From Bdellovibrionales bacterium (GTDB lineage: Bacteria; Bdellovibrionota; Bdellovibrionia; Bdellovibrionales; UBA1609), in the NCBI GenBank assembly GCA_965261545.1, contig CBDHDF010000002.1:512001-576000 (forward strand): a DNA stretch of 64,000 bases, written 5' to 3'. This document shows positions 54,266 through 64,000 of this stretch, one piece after another. Position numbers and translations under genes: made by a program. Within the stretch, counting starts at the first letter, position 1. Every line of letters starts with the position of its first letter. The notes under the pieces were generated by a model. It saw only the letters and a list, made by a program, of their open reading frames with translations. It ran no database searches and was not told the DNA's origin.

Positions 54266-54859
54266 CCTGAAATCCCTAAAAGTTGTAACTAGGTTTAATG
54301 TATTGCGTTAACTCTCTTTTCCTATGGAATTGGCTACTATCAACGGTTTGAGAGGTTTAATAGTATTAATATATTTAATATGACTCATAAAAATCTTCTT
54401 CGAAAGGTCCTTCGTTCCCATTGGATCGACAATATAAATTAGGCATAGTGGTAGCCTGCTTCTCTTCCTTGTCCCAAAAGCTTTTAACTTTATAGAGATA
54501 GGTTTTTCTTCAGTAACCCTCTCCAAAATTAGTTTCAGCTCCTATAGCCTGTTTCATGTGTTCTTGGGAAAGATATATCGCAGATTTTTCCTCTATTTGA
54601 AACAATTTTGAGAGATATTTCTTTCATTAAGATTATTATAAGAGTACACAGTTTAAAATAGCAGTGCCAAGTTTCAAAACGAATCTCGGCAAGAACTACT
54701 GGTTTTTTCCTTATTTTTTTGCTCAAAAGTGTATGACATCGTTAATATTGTAACTATGCTTTTGAAGAGATGAAAATCTCTTAATCAAAGTGAAGGCCTT
54801 CTCAGACAATAATCAGGACTTAAGTCCTATACCTAGTTACAACTTTTAGGGATTTCAGG
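54266..54859. mobile_element. 594-bp non-autonomous element, copy 2
   Basis: Same sequence as 50787-51380; TAGCTA DR; inserted in an IS21-like end. Confidence 0.9.
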
Positions 54860-55060
54860 TAGCTAACAGCAGCTAACAACCTCTTTTTGTCCATCAAAAC
54901 ATTCGAAAGGAGGTCCATTCTGGATAAATTTTCACGAAAAACTTTAGTAAGTGGATAAAACTCCGATATCTATTCTTGTACGAACTGTTTACTAAAGGCC
55001 GTAGAAATGTGCCATTCCTTGCCAGAAGAATTGTAAGCCCATTTCTGTAAAGGGGAATGT

Positions 55061-56056
55061 ATGTTTATTATAAAAAAAGCTGTATTAATATTTGTTTGTT
55101 TGTGGCTATTCGCTTGTGCAAAGGACTCTACAGATTCAAACTCTAGCCATAATCCTCCTCCCAGTGAGCCAGCCCCCACAAATCCCCCCAATGTTCCGTC
55201 TGTAAATTGTCCAGCAGGTTTCGTAGATGTTCCTGCCCTGGCAGGGTATACAAACCGAGATTTTTGTGTGGCTAAATATGAAATGAGAAAGGTGGGGAGT
55301 CAAGCTCTCTCTCAAGCTGAGGGAACTCCCTACGTAAAGATTAGTAGAGATGATGCAACGGCTGCATGTCAAGCGATGTCTTCTCCCCATGCTTCGGGGA
55401 GGTATAACTTGATTTCTAACGATGAGTGGCAAACTCTCGCTCGAAATATTGAGTCTGTATCTAGCAATTGGCGGGGTGATTTTATTGGCTCCGGCGCTCT
55501 CAATCAAGGTTATGCTTTTTTGAATATAAGTGATAATGATATTATCAATGGAAATTTTGTTCTTCTCGAAGCAAGTGCTGTTGATGATTTAGGTTGTTTT
55601 GGGATGAATGTAGATGTGAGGGATTGCAATGGTCGTACTTGGCACGAAAAGAAAAGAACTCACACTTTGAGCAATGGACAAGTCATTTGGGATTTAGGTG
55701 GAAATGTGTCGGAGTGGGTTCGAGATGACAATAGCACTCATTATGGGCCTGACAGTAAAATATCTCGAATCACAACAACAAGTCATACCCTTACTGGGCG
55801 ATTAGAGAGCGGAGTTATGAGAAATGCAAAAGGTCAGTTTGGGCCCAGTGGAAATTACCTGAATTTGGACTCTAGTCGCTTTAGTGGGCTCGGTCAGGCT
55901 CTATTAGACCTCACTAAAAACAATAGGCCTTATTATCGAGGTGCCGTCATGCGCGGGGGCTACTTCGCTCAAGGAGGTATTTTTTCTACGAGGTTGCGAC
56001 TTCACCCCTCAAGTGAGTTTCATCTTCTTGGTTTTCGTTGCACTTATTATCCATAG
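55061..56056 (+). CDS. Lipoprotein with an FGE-sulfatase/SUMF1 (C-type lectin-like) domain
   Basis: Lipobox LFAC, Pro-rich linker, CPAGFV..FCVAKYEM, WDLGGNVSEWV, RGG...GFRC. Confidence 0.82.
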   Translation: MFIIKKAVLIFVCLWLFACAKDSTDSNSSHNPPPSEPAPTNPPNVPSVNCPAGFVDVPALAGYTNRDFCVAKYEMRKVGSQALSQAEGTPYVKISRDDATAACQAMSSPHASGRYNLISNDEWQTLARNIESVSSNWRGDFIGSGALNQGYAFLNISDNDIINGNFVLLEASAVDDLGCFGMNVDVRDCNGRTWHEKKRTHTLSNGQVIWDLGGNVSEWVRDDNSTHYGPDSKISRITTTSHTLTGRLESGVMRNAKGQFGPSGNYLNLDSSRFSGLGQALLDLTKNNRPYYRGAVMRGGYFAQGGIFSTRLRLHPSSEFHLLGFRCTYYP

Positions 56057-56058
56057 CC

Positions 56059-56189
56059 GAATACCGTTTCCTTAAGTTTTAAGAAGTGCATTTTTGCAAT
56101 AAGTCATTTTGTTCTAGTAGCCTATGGAGGTTCAAAAGCCTAGAGCATGGCAAAAGTGAATCTGGTGACCTCTTAAGGAAGCGGCATTG
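56059..56189. mobile_element. 131-bp IS4-ended MITE A
   Basis: Ends resemble the IS4 IR CAATGCCGTTTCCTTAAG. Confidence 0.75.
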
Positions 56190-56274
56190 CACCATGCCCC
56201 CTAGTTCAAAGAGAAATCTGCGGGCTCATAGCCCTCAATATTTCTCTTCTTACAAGAGAGGCAAGAATGAGTCG

Positions 56275-56721
56275 TTACGATAAATGGGAATTAAGAAGTT
56301 GAGGTTTTTCAACAACTTCGATATCGGAACTGTCCTGATGAAGCACTTGGTGCACAACTCGCTCAGTCACTTGGGAAAGATAGCCTTCAAGGACCTTAGA
56401 AAATTCTAAGTATTGTGGCCACAAAGTTTCGTCAACAAAGGAGTTGGATACTTTAGCCATAACCGTTGTATAGCGTTGGCCACGATACCGATAGGGTTTA
56501 ATTCCATACCTTCGTAGAAGGGCGACGAAAACTTTTCGTGACCACATATCCTGCATTGCAAATGAATACTCAACCGGAGGTTCTTCAACTTCTAGGCTTT
56601 TTAGTCGTTCAAGAATGCGCTCTTTGGCATGCTCAGCCGCAACTCGCTCACCCTTCGTAGTGGCTCCAGAACAAAGTGCTCCAATCAAGCGCAGCTTTTC
56701 AATAAGTTTTTCTTCATTCAT
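56275..56721 (-). CDS. Conserved hypothetical protein
   Basis: 148-aa ORF with protein-like composition (GATTKGERVAAE; FVALLRRYGIKPYRYRGQRYTTVM). Confidence 0.7.
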   Translation of the reverse strand: MNEEKLIEKLRLIGALCSGATTKGERVAAEHAKERILERLKSLEVEEPPVEYSFAMQDMWSRKVFVALLRRYGIKPYRYRGQRYTTVMAKVSNSFVDETLWPQYLEFSKVLEGYLSQVTERVVHQVLHQDSSDIEVVEKPQLLNSHLS

Positions 56722-56919
56722 TCTATAGTTTCCACCATAAGATTCGTTGTGTTTTTCAAATAAAATATTTAGTAGGTTGGGAGCCTAACACTATTGTATC
56801 TGTACAAGAATATGTAATGACGGGAGTCATTACATATTCTTTGCTTCATTTCCTGCTTTTTCATGACGCAATACACATAATAAAATAGGAAATAAGCGGT
56901 AAAGTCTAGTCTTCTGGGT

Positions 56920-57050
56920 CAGTGCCGTTTCCTTAAGAGGTCACCAGATTCCCTTTTGCTATGTTCTAGGCTCTTAAGCCTCCATAGGCTACTAGAACGC
57001 AATGACTCGTCGCAAAAATGCACTTCTCAAAACTTAAGGAAACGGCATTG
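56920..57050. mobile_element. 131-bp IS4-ended MITE B, inverted relative to A
   Basis: Diverged reverse complement of 56059-56189. Confidence 0.78.
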
Positions 57051-57843
57051 CCCCATGGGAGGTTACCAATTTATCAAGTAGGCTTGGCCTGTGGGCTTTA
57101 AGATATTTTTTTAGTTCTTCTTGCCCCCAGTCTGGATCTAAAAAGACAACTTGATCCTGATATCGTTTCATGAAATATTCGATTTCATTAGAAGGGCTGA
57201 TGCCAAAGGCAATATCGTTGAGTTTAAATTGAAAGTCTCCCTTGAGCCGCCACTCCCTCTCCCACCTAAAATCAGAATAACCATATGTAGATAGGAATGA
57301 TGGACCAAATCCTTCAAATAAGTGCATCATGGGTCTTATATCTTCCCGCCCCTTCTTATACAGATCATCTAACGTTCTGCTAAAGGCTCTATTCTTGGAA
57401 CTGAAATAAAATACGGGATTCCCTCCAGATTCTATGATCTTATCTTGGTGGAAAGCTAAACCATATTTCTGATATTGATTTTTCTTGGACTTAGTGAGTT
57501 TGCAAAAAGTATTTAATTCATTCAAAGGGGCTTCAGAAAAGCATACCGCCTTCATCCAACTGGGATCAGCCCCTCCATTATTATAGACCTTACCCCATTG
57601 AGGGCGATACATGTTAATCTTTGTTTTAAAATATCCAAATGGGGAACACGCCTTAATTCTTAAATCTCTAATGATCTTTTCAAGAGACCCCTTGGCCTCG
57701 ACAGAACTGTTGACCAATTCATATCCAGAGGGGTCATCACGAAAAACTCGAAATTCCTCATAGGCCCCATTTTTAGTTAAATGAACTAAAAAGTGAGATA
57801 AATCCGCTCTACTTCTAATCTGAGGCATATTGGGAGTTGACAT
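57034..57843 (-). CDS. AbiGi-like abortive-infection family protein
   Basis: LVHLTK, AVCFSEAPL, KYGLAF, GGNPVFY and DFRWEREWR motifs. The stop codon lies inside MITE B. Confidence 0.7.
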   Translation of the reverse strand: MSTPNMPQIRSRADLSHFLVHLTKNGAYEEFRVFRDDPSGYELVNSSVEAKGSLEKIIRDLRIKACSPFGYFKTKINMYRPQWGKVYNNGGADPSWMKAVCFSEAPLNELNTFCKLTKSKKNQYQKYGLAFHQDKIIESGGNPVFYFSSKNRAFSRTLDDLYKKGREDIRPMMHLFEGFGPSFLSTYGYSDFRWEREWRLKGDFQFKLNDIAFGISPSNEIEYFMKRYQDQVVFLDPDWGQEELKKYLKAHRPSLLDKLVTSHGAMPFP

Positions 57844-57915
57844 GATGATTTCCTTGTATTGGGGCTTGAAATTTCAGAAAAAATGCTGTACCTTAGCTAG
57901 AGGTAGGAGTATACC

Positions 57916-58224
57916 ATGAGCCAACCAGAGAGGTTAGATACAATTATCCTTGAAGACCAACTCAATCTCAATTCCAAAGAGATATTGGACAGAGTGCTTC
58001 ATATTGCAAACGAAAGGGCTCAACTCTATGGTTGGCAATCCTTTGAACTGAAAGCCTTAGACGACAAAGCCATCGCAAAGGATGGACTTCGTCGCTTTGA
58101 GTTTGATGTATGGGGGTTGTCTGAAGAGAGTCTCAATACTGACTCTAACAAAGGCAAGTCATCTGAATCAACCTACAAAGATGAGGGCTATGCAGCCTCT
58201 CCCTCAAAAGAGGTTGGTTTATAA
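57916..58224 (+). CDS. Hypothetical protein
   Basis: 102-aa ORF with AGGAG RBS, divergent from the AbiGi-like gene. Confidence 0.6.
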   Translation: MSQPERLDTIILEDQLNLNSKEILDRVLHIANERAQLYGWQSFELKALDDKAIAKDGLRRFEFDVWGLSEESLNTDSNKGKSSESTYKDEGYAASPSKEVGL

Positions 58225-58336
58225 TTTCTACACTATTGATGGGTTCATAAAATCCTACTACTCCAACTGCATCAAACTTATTACTTGAATCCGTCACGAA
58301 AACATAAACATTTTTCTGAATCTCCTTTCCTAAGTA

Positions 58337-60481
58337 GTTCCTGTCCAGGGAAGAAAGTTAAGTAGTTTTAAGTATTTACATGCCTTCCCTTTAGATTTTA
58401 TGCTTTAAAATGGAGTCCATCAAACATAATCCGTGTAAATTCAGTTACTTACATAAAACGGAAAAATAAAATAAGTTCCCCCCCCTCTCTTGACGAACCT
58501 TTCACAGCCCCTCCCTTTCAGTGACTTATGTGGCTATCAACTGGTTACTTGATATGAGAGGAAGAGTTGGATCAACCTGTGTTTCCACCGTGGTGATTTC
58601 AAACCTCCTTCAGGGAAATAACATTACGTTGCGCATCAACTTCAAAAAATACTTGACGTGTTTTTTCAGAGAAATAATTTTTGATATTTTATTCTTCATT
58701 TATTTTTTATGTAGGTTTTAGGAGGCGTGGGAACCTCTCTATGAGGTAGAATTCTTATCCATGTTCTCCGAGAACCTCTCTGATTTTTTTCTTCTTAAAA
58801 GACATCCTTGCTCACTTTTTTCCCTCAAAAAAACGTATGTTAATATAAAAATTAAAGAGAAACTTTCACCAAAGGGGGGACTATGCGCCATTTGAAGAAG
58901 ACACAGTTGGGACTCTTTTCCCAATATCCTAACCACCAACTCAGTACAGAATTGCAGCAAATTAATAACATCATTGATCGCCATCCAGAGTTTGCCCATA
59001 TGGTTCATGAAGACCTTGTTAAAGAAAAGAAAGATTCTGGTGATATTGGTATGACATCGGAGCAAGTTCTCAAGGTGGCTATTCTTAAATCCATAAGAGG
59101 TCTTTCCTATCGTGCGTTAGCCTTTAATCTTGTCGATTCAGTATCCACCAGAGCTTTTCTGGGCCTTGAATTGGAAGAAAATTACGCTCACTCCACCTTA
59201 CAGGACTTGATTGTTCAAATAAGTGAAGAAACTTGGGGAATTATTAGCGCCTCTTTAGTTTCAGATGCAAGAGATCAAAAGATTGAGCCGTGTAAGAAAA
59301 TGAGAGTGGACAGTACAGTGACGAAATCAAATATTCATCATCCAACGGATGCATCGCTTTTATATGACTGCATAAGAGTTACAGAAAGAGAATTTAAAAA
59401 AGTTCGTAAAAATGTCATGAAAGATTTTTGGCGACTTATTTCAAGAGAAGATCTTAAGAGAGCAAAAACCTTGCTTTACAAAATTAATAATTCCAAAAAT
59501 GATGCGGAAAGACTACCTTGCTATAAGGAGCTTTTAAAAATCGCTACCAAATTGAACAAAGGATTACCTGATACCATCAGAAAGATAAAAAAAGAACAAA
59601 AATGTGTGAAGATGAATGCTTTGAAAAAGAGTCTAAAACAGTTAGAAAATGTTGCCTTCTACCTGGAAAAAATCATCTTTCAAACTCAAAAAAGAGTTAT
59701 TGAGGGGAAAAAAGTATCTTCTGAAAAAAAGGTCCTATCCATCTTTGAACCGCATACAGACATTATTGTAAAGGGGCAAAGAGAAGTCGAGTTTGGGCAT
59801 AAAATCTTTTTGACCTCAGGGCAAAGCAACATGATTTTAGATTGTCAGATCCCTGATGGCAACCCCGCAGACTCTGATATGTTTTTAAAAGTTATGAATT
59901 CAGTGACACAAACCTATGGGGCTTGCCCTGTAAAAGTAAGTGCAGATGGTGGGTTTGCTTCAAAAGAAAATCTTGAAGAGGCCAAAGAGATGGGGGCTAA
60001 AGATGTTTGCTTCCCAGAAAAAAAAGGAATGAAAATATTAAAGATGGTTAAAAGTGCTTGGGTCTTTAAAAATCTTCTCAATTGGAGAGCCGGAATAGAG
60101 GCTGTTATTTCATTCCTTAAGAGATGTTTTGGTATGAGAGTTGCTTACTGGAAAGGGCATGATGGTTTTAAGAGGTATGTAAAGAATGCCGTTTGTGCCT
60201 ATAATTTTGTTGTCTTGGCAAGACATGAATTATCAACTGTCACCTAAATTTATCCATTAGGAATAACAGCAATGGACCAGGTCGAAGGTGCTAAAATCTT
60301 CCAAAGGTAGGGGTGCGTCTTCAAATCGAAAAAACTAGGGCGCAAGTCGCTTAAAGACCTTTTTCCCCTTAATCTGTAGAGTTTGTGTGGCAAATCTCCA
60401 ACTCTCACTCCCCCATTGAGGCATTGGGAGGCTCAATGGGGAGTGTCAGAGAACAAAAAATGGGCCTTTCTGGACAGAAAC
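58337..60481 (+). mobile_element. ISDol1-type IS copy 2 (transposase 58883-60247)
   Basis: Near-identical to 2902-5048; DR TAAGTA. Confidence 0.92.
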
Positions 60482-60537
60482 TAAGTAGCTAAACGGGCAT
60501 CGATCCTCTGGGTCACCGATGATAAAGGCTTTTGACC

Positions 60538-60621
60538 CAATGCCGTTTCCTTAAGCCACCACACCCCTCTGCCTGCGTTAAGCTATTTCTTTTAAAAGAA
60601 CTCCGAGTTCTTTTGAGAGAC
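60538..60621 (-). mobile_element. IS4 right-end fragment
   Basis: CAATGCCGTTTCCTTAAGCCACCACACC..., diverged and cut by IS3. Confidence 0.75.
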
Positions 60622-62883
60622 TGAGGTGGACCCCAATGTCAGACTGAAAAACTTGATTCTTAAGCTACACCACAGCGCACAAAGAAGCCCCGTGTTAATG
60701 TGTTAAAGGCACCTCTCCCATATACACCTGATAAGGGGTGTAATCCTGAAGAGACTGGTGTGGCCTTTTATTATTATAAAAATTAAAATACGTTTTAAAA
60801 CCTTTGTTGGCTTGAACCATTGATTTGTCTTGATAGCCTTTCAAGTACACCTCTTCGTACTTAACAGACCTCCAAAGCCGCTCGATCATGATGTTGTCTA
60901 AACACCTGCCTTTGCCGTCCATACTGATAGAAATTCCATGGCTTTTCAACAATTTTGTGAAAACCTCAGAAGTGAATTGGCACCCTTGATCGGTATTGAC
61001 AATATCAGGGCAACCAAATGTTTCTATGGCTTCCTCAAAGACTTCTAAACAAAAAGTTGTCTCAAGGCTATTAGAAAGTCTCCAAGACAGCACAAATCGG
61101 CTAAACCAATCTATCACAGCTACCAAGTAAGCAAAGCCACCAGACAATCTTATAAAAGTAATATCAGTAGCCCACACTTGGTTGGGGAGCAGATATTAAG
61201 CCCCTTAAGTCAATGCCGTTTCCTTAAGAAAAATCTCTTGAAATCATTAGATAAATCGACAAGAATAAGACTTGTTTTATTTTACACCCAACCCTCAACC
61301 AAGGAGTAAGTCACATGCAATCCAATATTGATCTCGAAAGCCCCCAAATGACGAGTTCGCGTCACAGATGACCATTTTATTCTACCAAAACTTGATTCTT
61401 CCTTCAAGCCAGAGCACCTTGTCGATCCAGAAAAACAAAAAAGGAATCGAAAATTTAATCCTCAAATTTTCTTTTTTACCATTATCTATCTTATTTCAGG
61501 AACAAATTACGAAGGCTACCAAATCGCTCTTAAGACGGTATGGACTCATTTTGGTGACCTGCTTCTCATGCCAGTCAAAAGCAGTCTCAGCAAGATACGT
61601 CAAAGTATTTCTTACCTATTTTTCAAAGATATCTTTGAATCTCTAATTACAGACTACGAACCATTGAGAAAAACGTTTCATGGCTTTTATATCTATGCCA
61701 TAGATGGCGACCAATTAGCACTTCCTCGCTCTAAAGATCTTTTAAAGGAGGGTTATTGTGGGTACCCTTGCCCAAATGAGATGGAAACTCATTTCTTACG
61801 TATGTATCTATCTCATGCTTATGACGTTTTATCGGGTGTGACAAAGAATCTTTGCTATTCTCCCGCTCTGAACGAAATCGCCAATGCTATTCAAATGATA
61901 GGTAGTTTTGAGAGTAATAGCATAACTCTCTACGATAGGCTTTATTTATCTACAGAGATTATTAAGGCCCATGCTCAAGCCAGTAACTTCTTTATTGCGC
62001 GTTGTAAGCGAGGCTCTACTTTTATCCCCATTGTAAATTTATTTAATGGCCCAGGTTGGTATTCACGAATGGTTATTGAGGGGGTGGTCATTCATCTCTA
62101 TAAGTATAAAAACCCAAAGACTGGGGAGTTCTCTGTTTTGGCCACTAATCTTCCGCATGGCTCCTTGGACAAGAAGGATATGGTTGCTCTTTACTCTCGT
62201 CGTTGGGAAATAGAAACGACATTCCGTGATTTTACATCGACAATGAAAATGGAGCAGTGGCACTCAACAAGCCTTAATGGAATATTGCAAGAGCTGTATT
62301 CTTATTTTTGGCTCTTCAATTATACAAAGATTCAAATGAGCATAAATGAGGATGAAGACAGTGTGAATCAGTTGGTAAAAAATGACTACAAAAAACCTAA
62401 CTTTAAACTGATTCTTGATTTCATAATGGATAGCATCCCTCTTTTTGTTGCGGGGCTCTATCAGAAATTTAGGAAGCAGATAAAGTTGCTGATGAAGATT
62501 TCAATGGAGAAGAGGAGGCACTTCAAAAGAAGCTATGAAAGGTCTATCAAAAGGGCTGGGAGTTCTTTTAAAAGAAATAGCTTAACGCAGAGGCAGAGGG
62601 GTGTGGTGGCTTAAGGAAACGGCATTGCCCCTTAAGTAGGTAGGGATAAATCTTATGCTGATGGTTTCGCTGACTGGTGTTTGGACCTGGGAAGATAGCG
62701 AAGAAAAGACACATCTTTTCCATCCATGAGCCGCTGAATCCTCTTGCGGTTGACCCCATGGCCATTAAGTCTTAAGTGAGCTGTCATTTTACGGCTCCCA
62801 TAAAAGGGGTCCCAAGTACTGTTTGTCAATTAAACTCATCAATTTCAAGTTGTAGGCACTCTCAGGTATGGGTTTGTAGTACA
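60622..62883 (-). mobile_element. Degenerate IS3 copy 4, interrupted by IS4 and truncated by ISKra4
   Basis: orfB pieces at 60695-61210 and 62628-62883, with indels. Confidence 0.85.
61211..62627 (+). mobile_element. IS4 copy 2 (transposase 61568-62614)
   Basis: Same IRs as copy 1; 10-bp DR CCCCTTAAGT. Confidence 0.93.
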
Positions 62884-64000
62884 GGGTGTGCTAACGATAT
62901 ACTGTAGTATTTATGCAGCCACGGGATACCCATATTGATCAATTTTTTGCCAGAACTGACCCCATCGACAGTCCGTATGGCTTAAAGATCGTAAAGAAAT
63001 GACAGAAGCTGCTCCTTTCTCTTTCCACCTCATCCCAGAATTGCAAAGCCTTTGTTTTATTAATGTCTTACATGCTGCCTCTGTAACACCTGAGCCAATT
63101 GGAAGATTATTCTCCTGATTTTGTGCATATCTCATTTTAGACTTATTATTCTCAAAATATGTAATGGCAGACACTAACTCCCCTTTCTTGGCTTGACTCA
63201 GTCGATGAGTGTCTTTAAACCCCTTGAGCTCATTGAGTAAGCGGGTCGCTGCCCCTATATTATGCTTAAGCTTATGACATGCGTTATCAAGCCACTCCTT
63301 ACGTTCAGATTTTTTCTTGTCACCAGCAAACATAGCCCCCGCAGCCCTCCCCAAGTACTCTGATGCATGCCAAAAATCAATGGTCTGATTATCTGTTTTA
63401 CTCTTTAAATAATCCCAATTTGACTTGGTTCCATCTGCAATACCAATATAGGTAGACTTAGGGTGTCTCTCTTTTACCTGAGTCAACTCCTTCTCAAATC
63501 TTGAATAAAATTTACCCTTACCATACTCTGGTGTTGCTCCTACTTGAATCGTATGCATGCGACTTCCCTTATTGTCATATAAACTAATTGTTCCCACCAT
63601 GGCTTCTCGCCAACCATCTTCAACCATTAACATACAAGTGCCGTCTACTCCTACAGCAACACTATTCACCTTCTTGGGCATAGAGGGAAGATCATAGCTC
63701 CTTGATTCATCCTTTGCTAAAGCAACAGCTCCAACCGCATCACAAAGGTGCTTTAAGTAAGGTCTAGATATATTTCGACCATGACTCTCCTTCAAATCAA
63801 AAAGAACACGACTAGAACCCATATCTGAATATTTACTTGTAACCCATTTAGAAAAACCGGGTGTTGAAGTTAGAATAATTCGTGCATCCCTTTCCAATGG
63901 GCAAAACTGACGACCACCCTTAGAGCTTTGATAAACATGACGTTCTACATCGACTTCTCCCCACATTGTTTGGTAGGTCTTATTAACTCTACCTCTAGAA
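62884..64000 (-). mobile_element. ISKra4 copy 2, running off the window
   Basis: GGGTGTGCTAAC end; transposase 62911 to beyond 64000 with intact C-terminus YGYPVAA. Confidence 0.9.

Noticed and set aside
55061..56056. Possible DGR target (C-type lectin/FGE fold)
   Set aside because: No template repeat differing at adenines and no intact reverse transcriptase in the window; the only RT trace is a group II intron remnant.

Overview
A 64 kb, AT-rich bacterial accessory region; the gene style suggests a Bdellovibrionota/Oligoflexia-like host, which is inference only. Positions 1-38.8 kb look like an integrative island between a tyrosine integrase/excisionase pair and the 3' end of a tRNA-Pro(GGG). 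The whole window is saturated with nested IS elements (IS21 of two types, IS3, IS4, IS1634, ISKra4, IS110, two ISNCY-like types, an ISAzo13 remnant), several MITE families and a degenerate group II intron. Island cargo includes a C39-like protease, secreted pentapeptide-repeat proteins, a DUF285/BspA lipoprotein, an HTH/pseudokinase pair and an FRG-TPR protein. Outside the island are an Rpn nuclease, an FGE-fold lipoprotein and an AbiGi-like gene. The best candidate for an undescribed system is a translationally coupled five-gene operon at 26.2-34.4 kb. It has a sigma54 promoter and encodes an NtrC-type regulator, a radical SAM/SPASM enzyme lacking all AuxI cysteines (split by IS1634), a small secreted protein, an OppA-like binding protein and a hybrid histidine kinase. 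This layout resembles a self-inducing modified-peptide signalling circuit. All family calls come from motif recognition by eye; no database searches were run.
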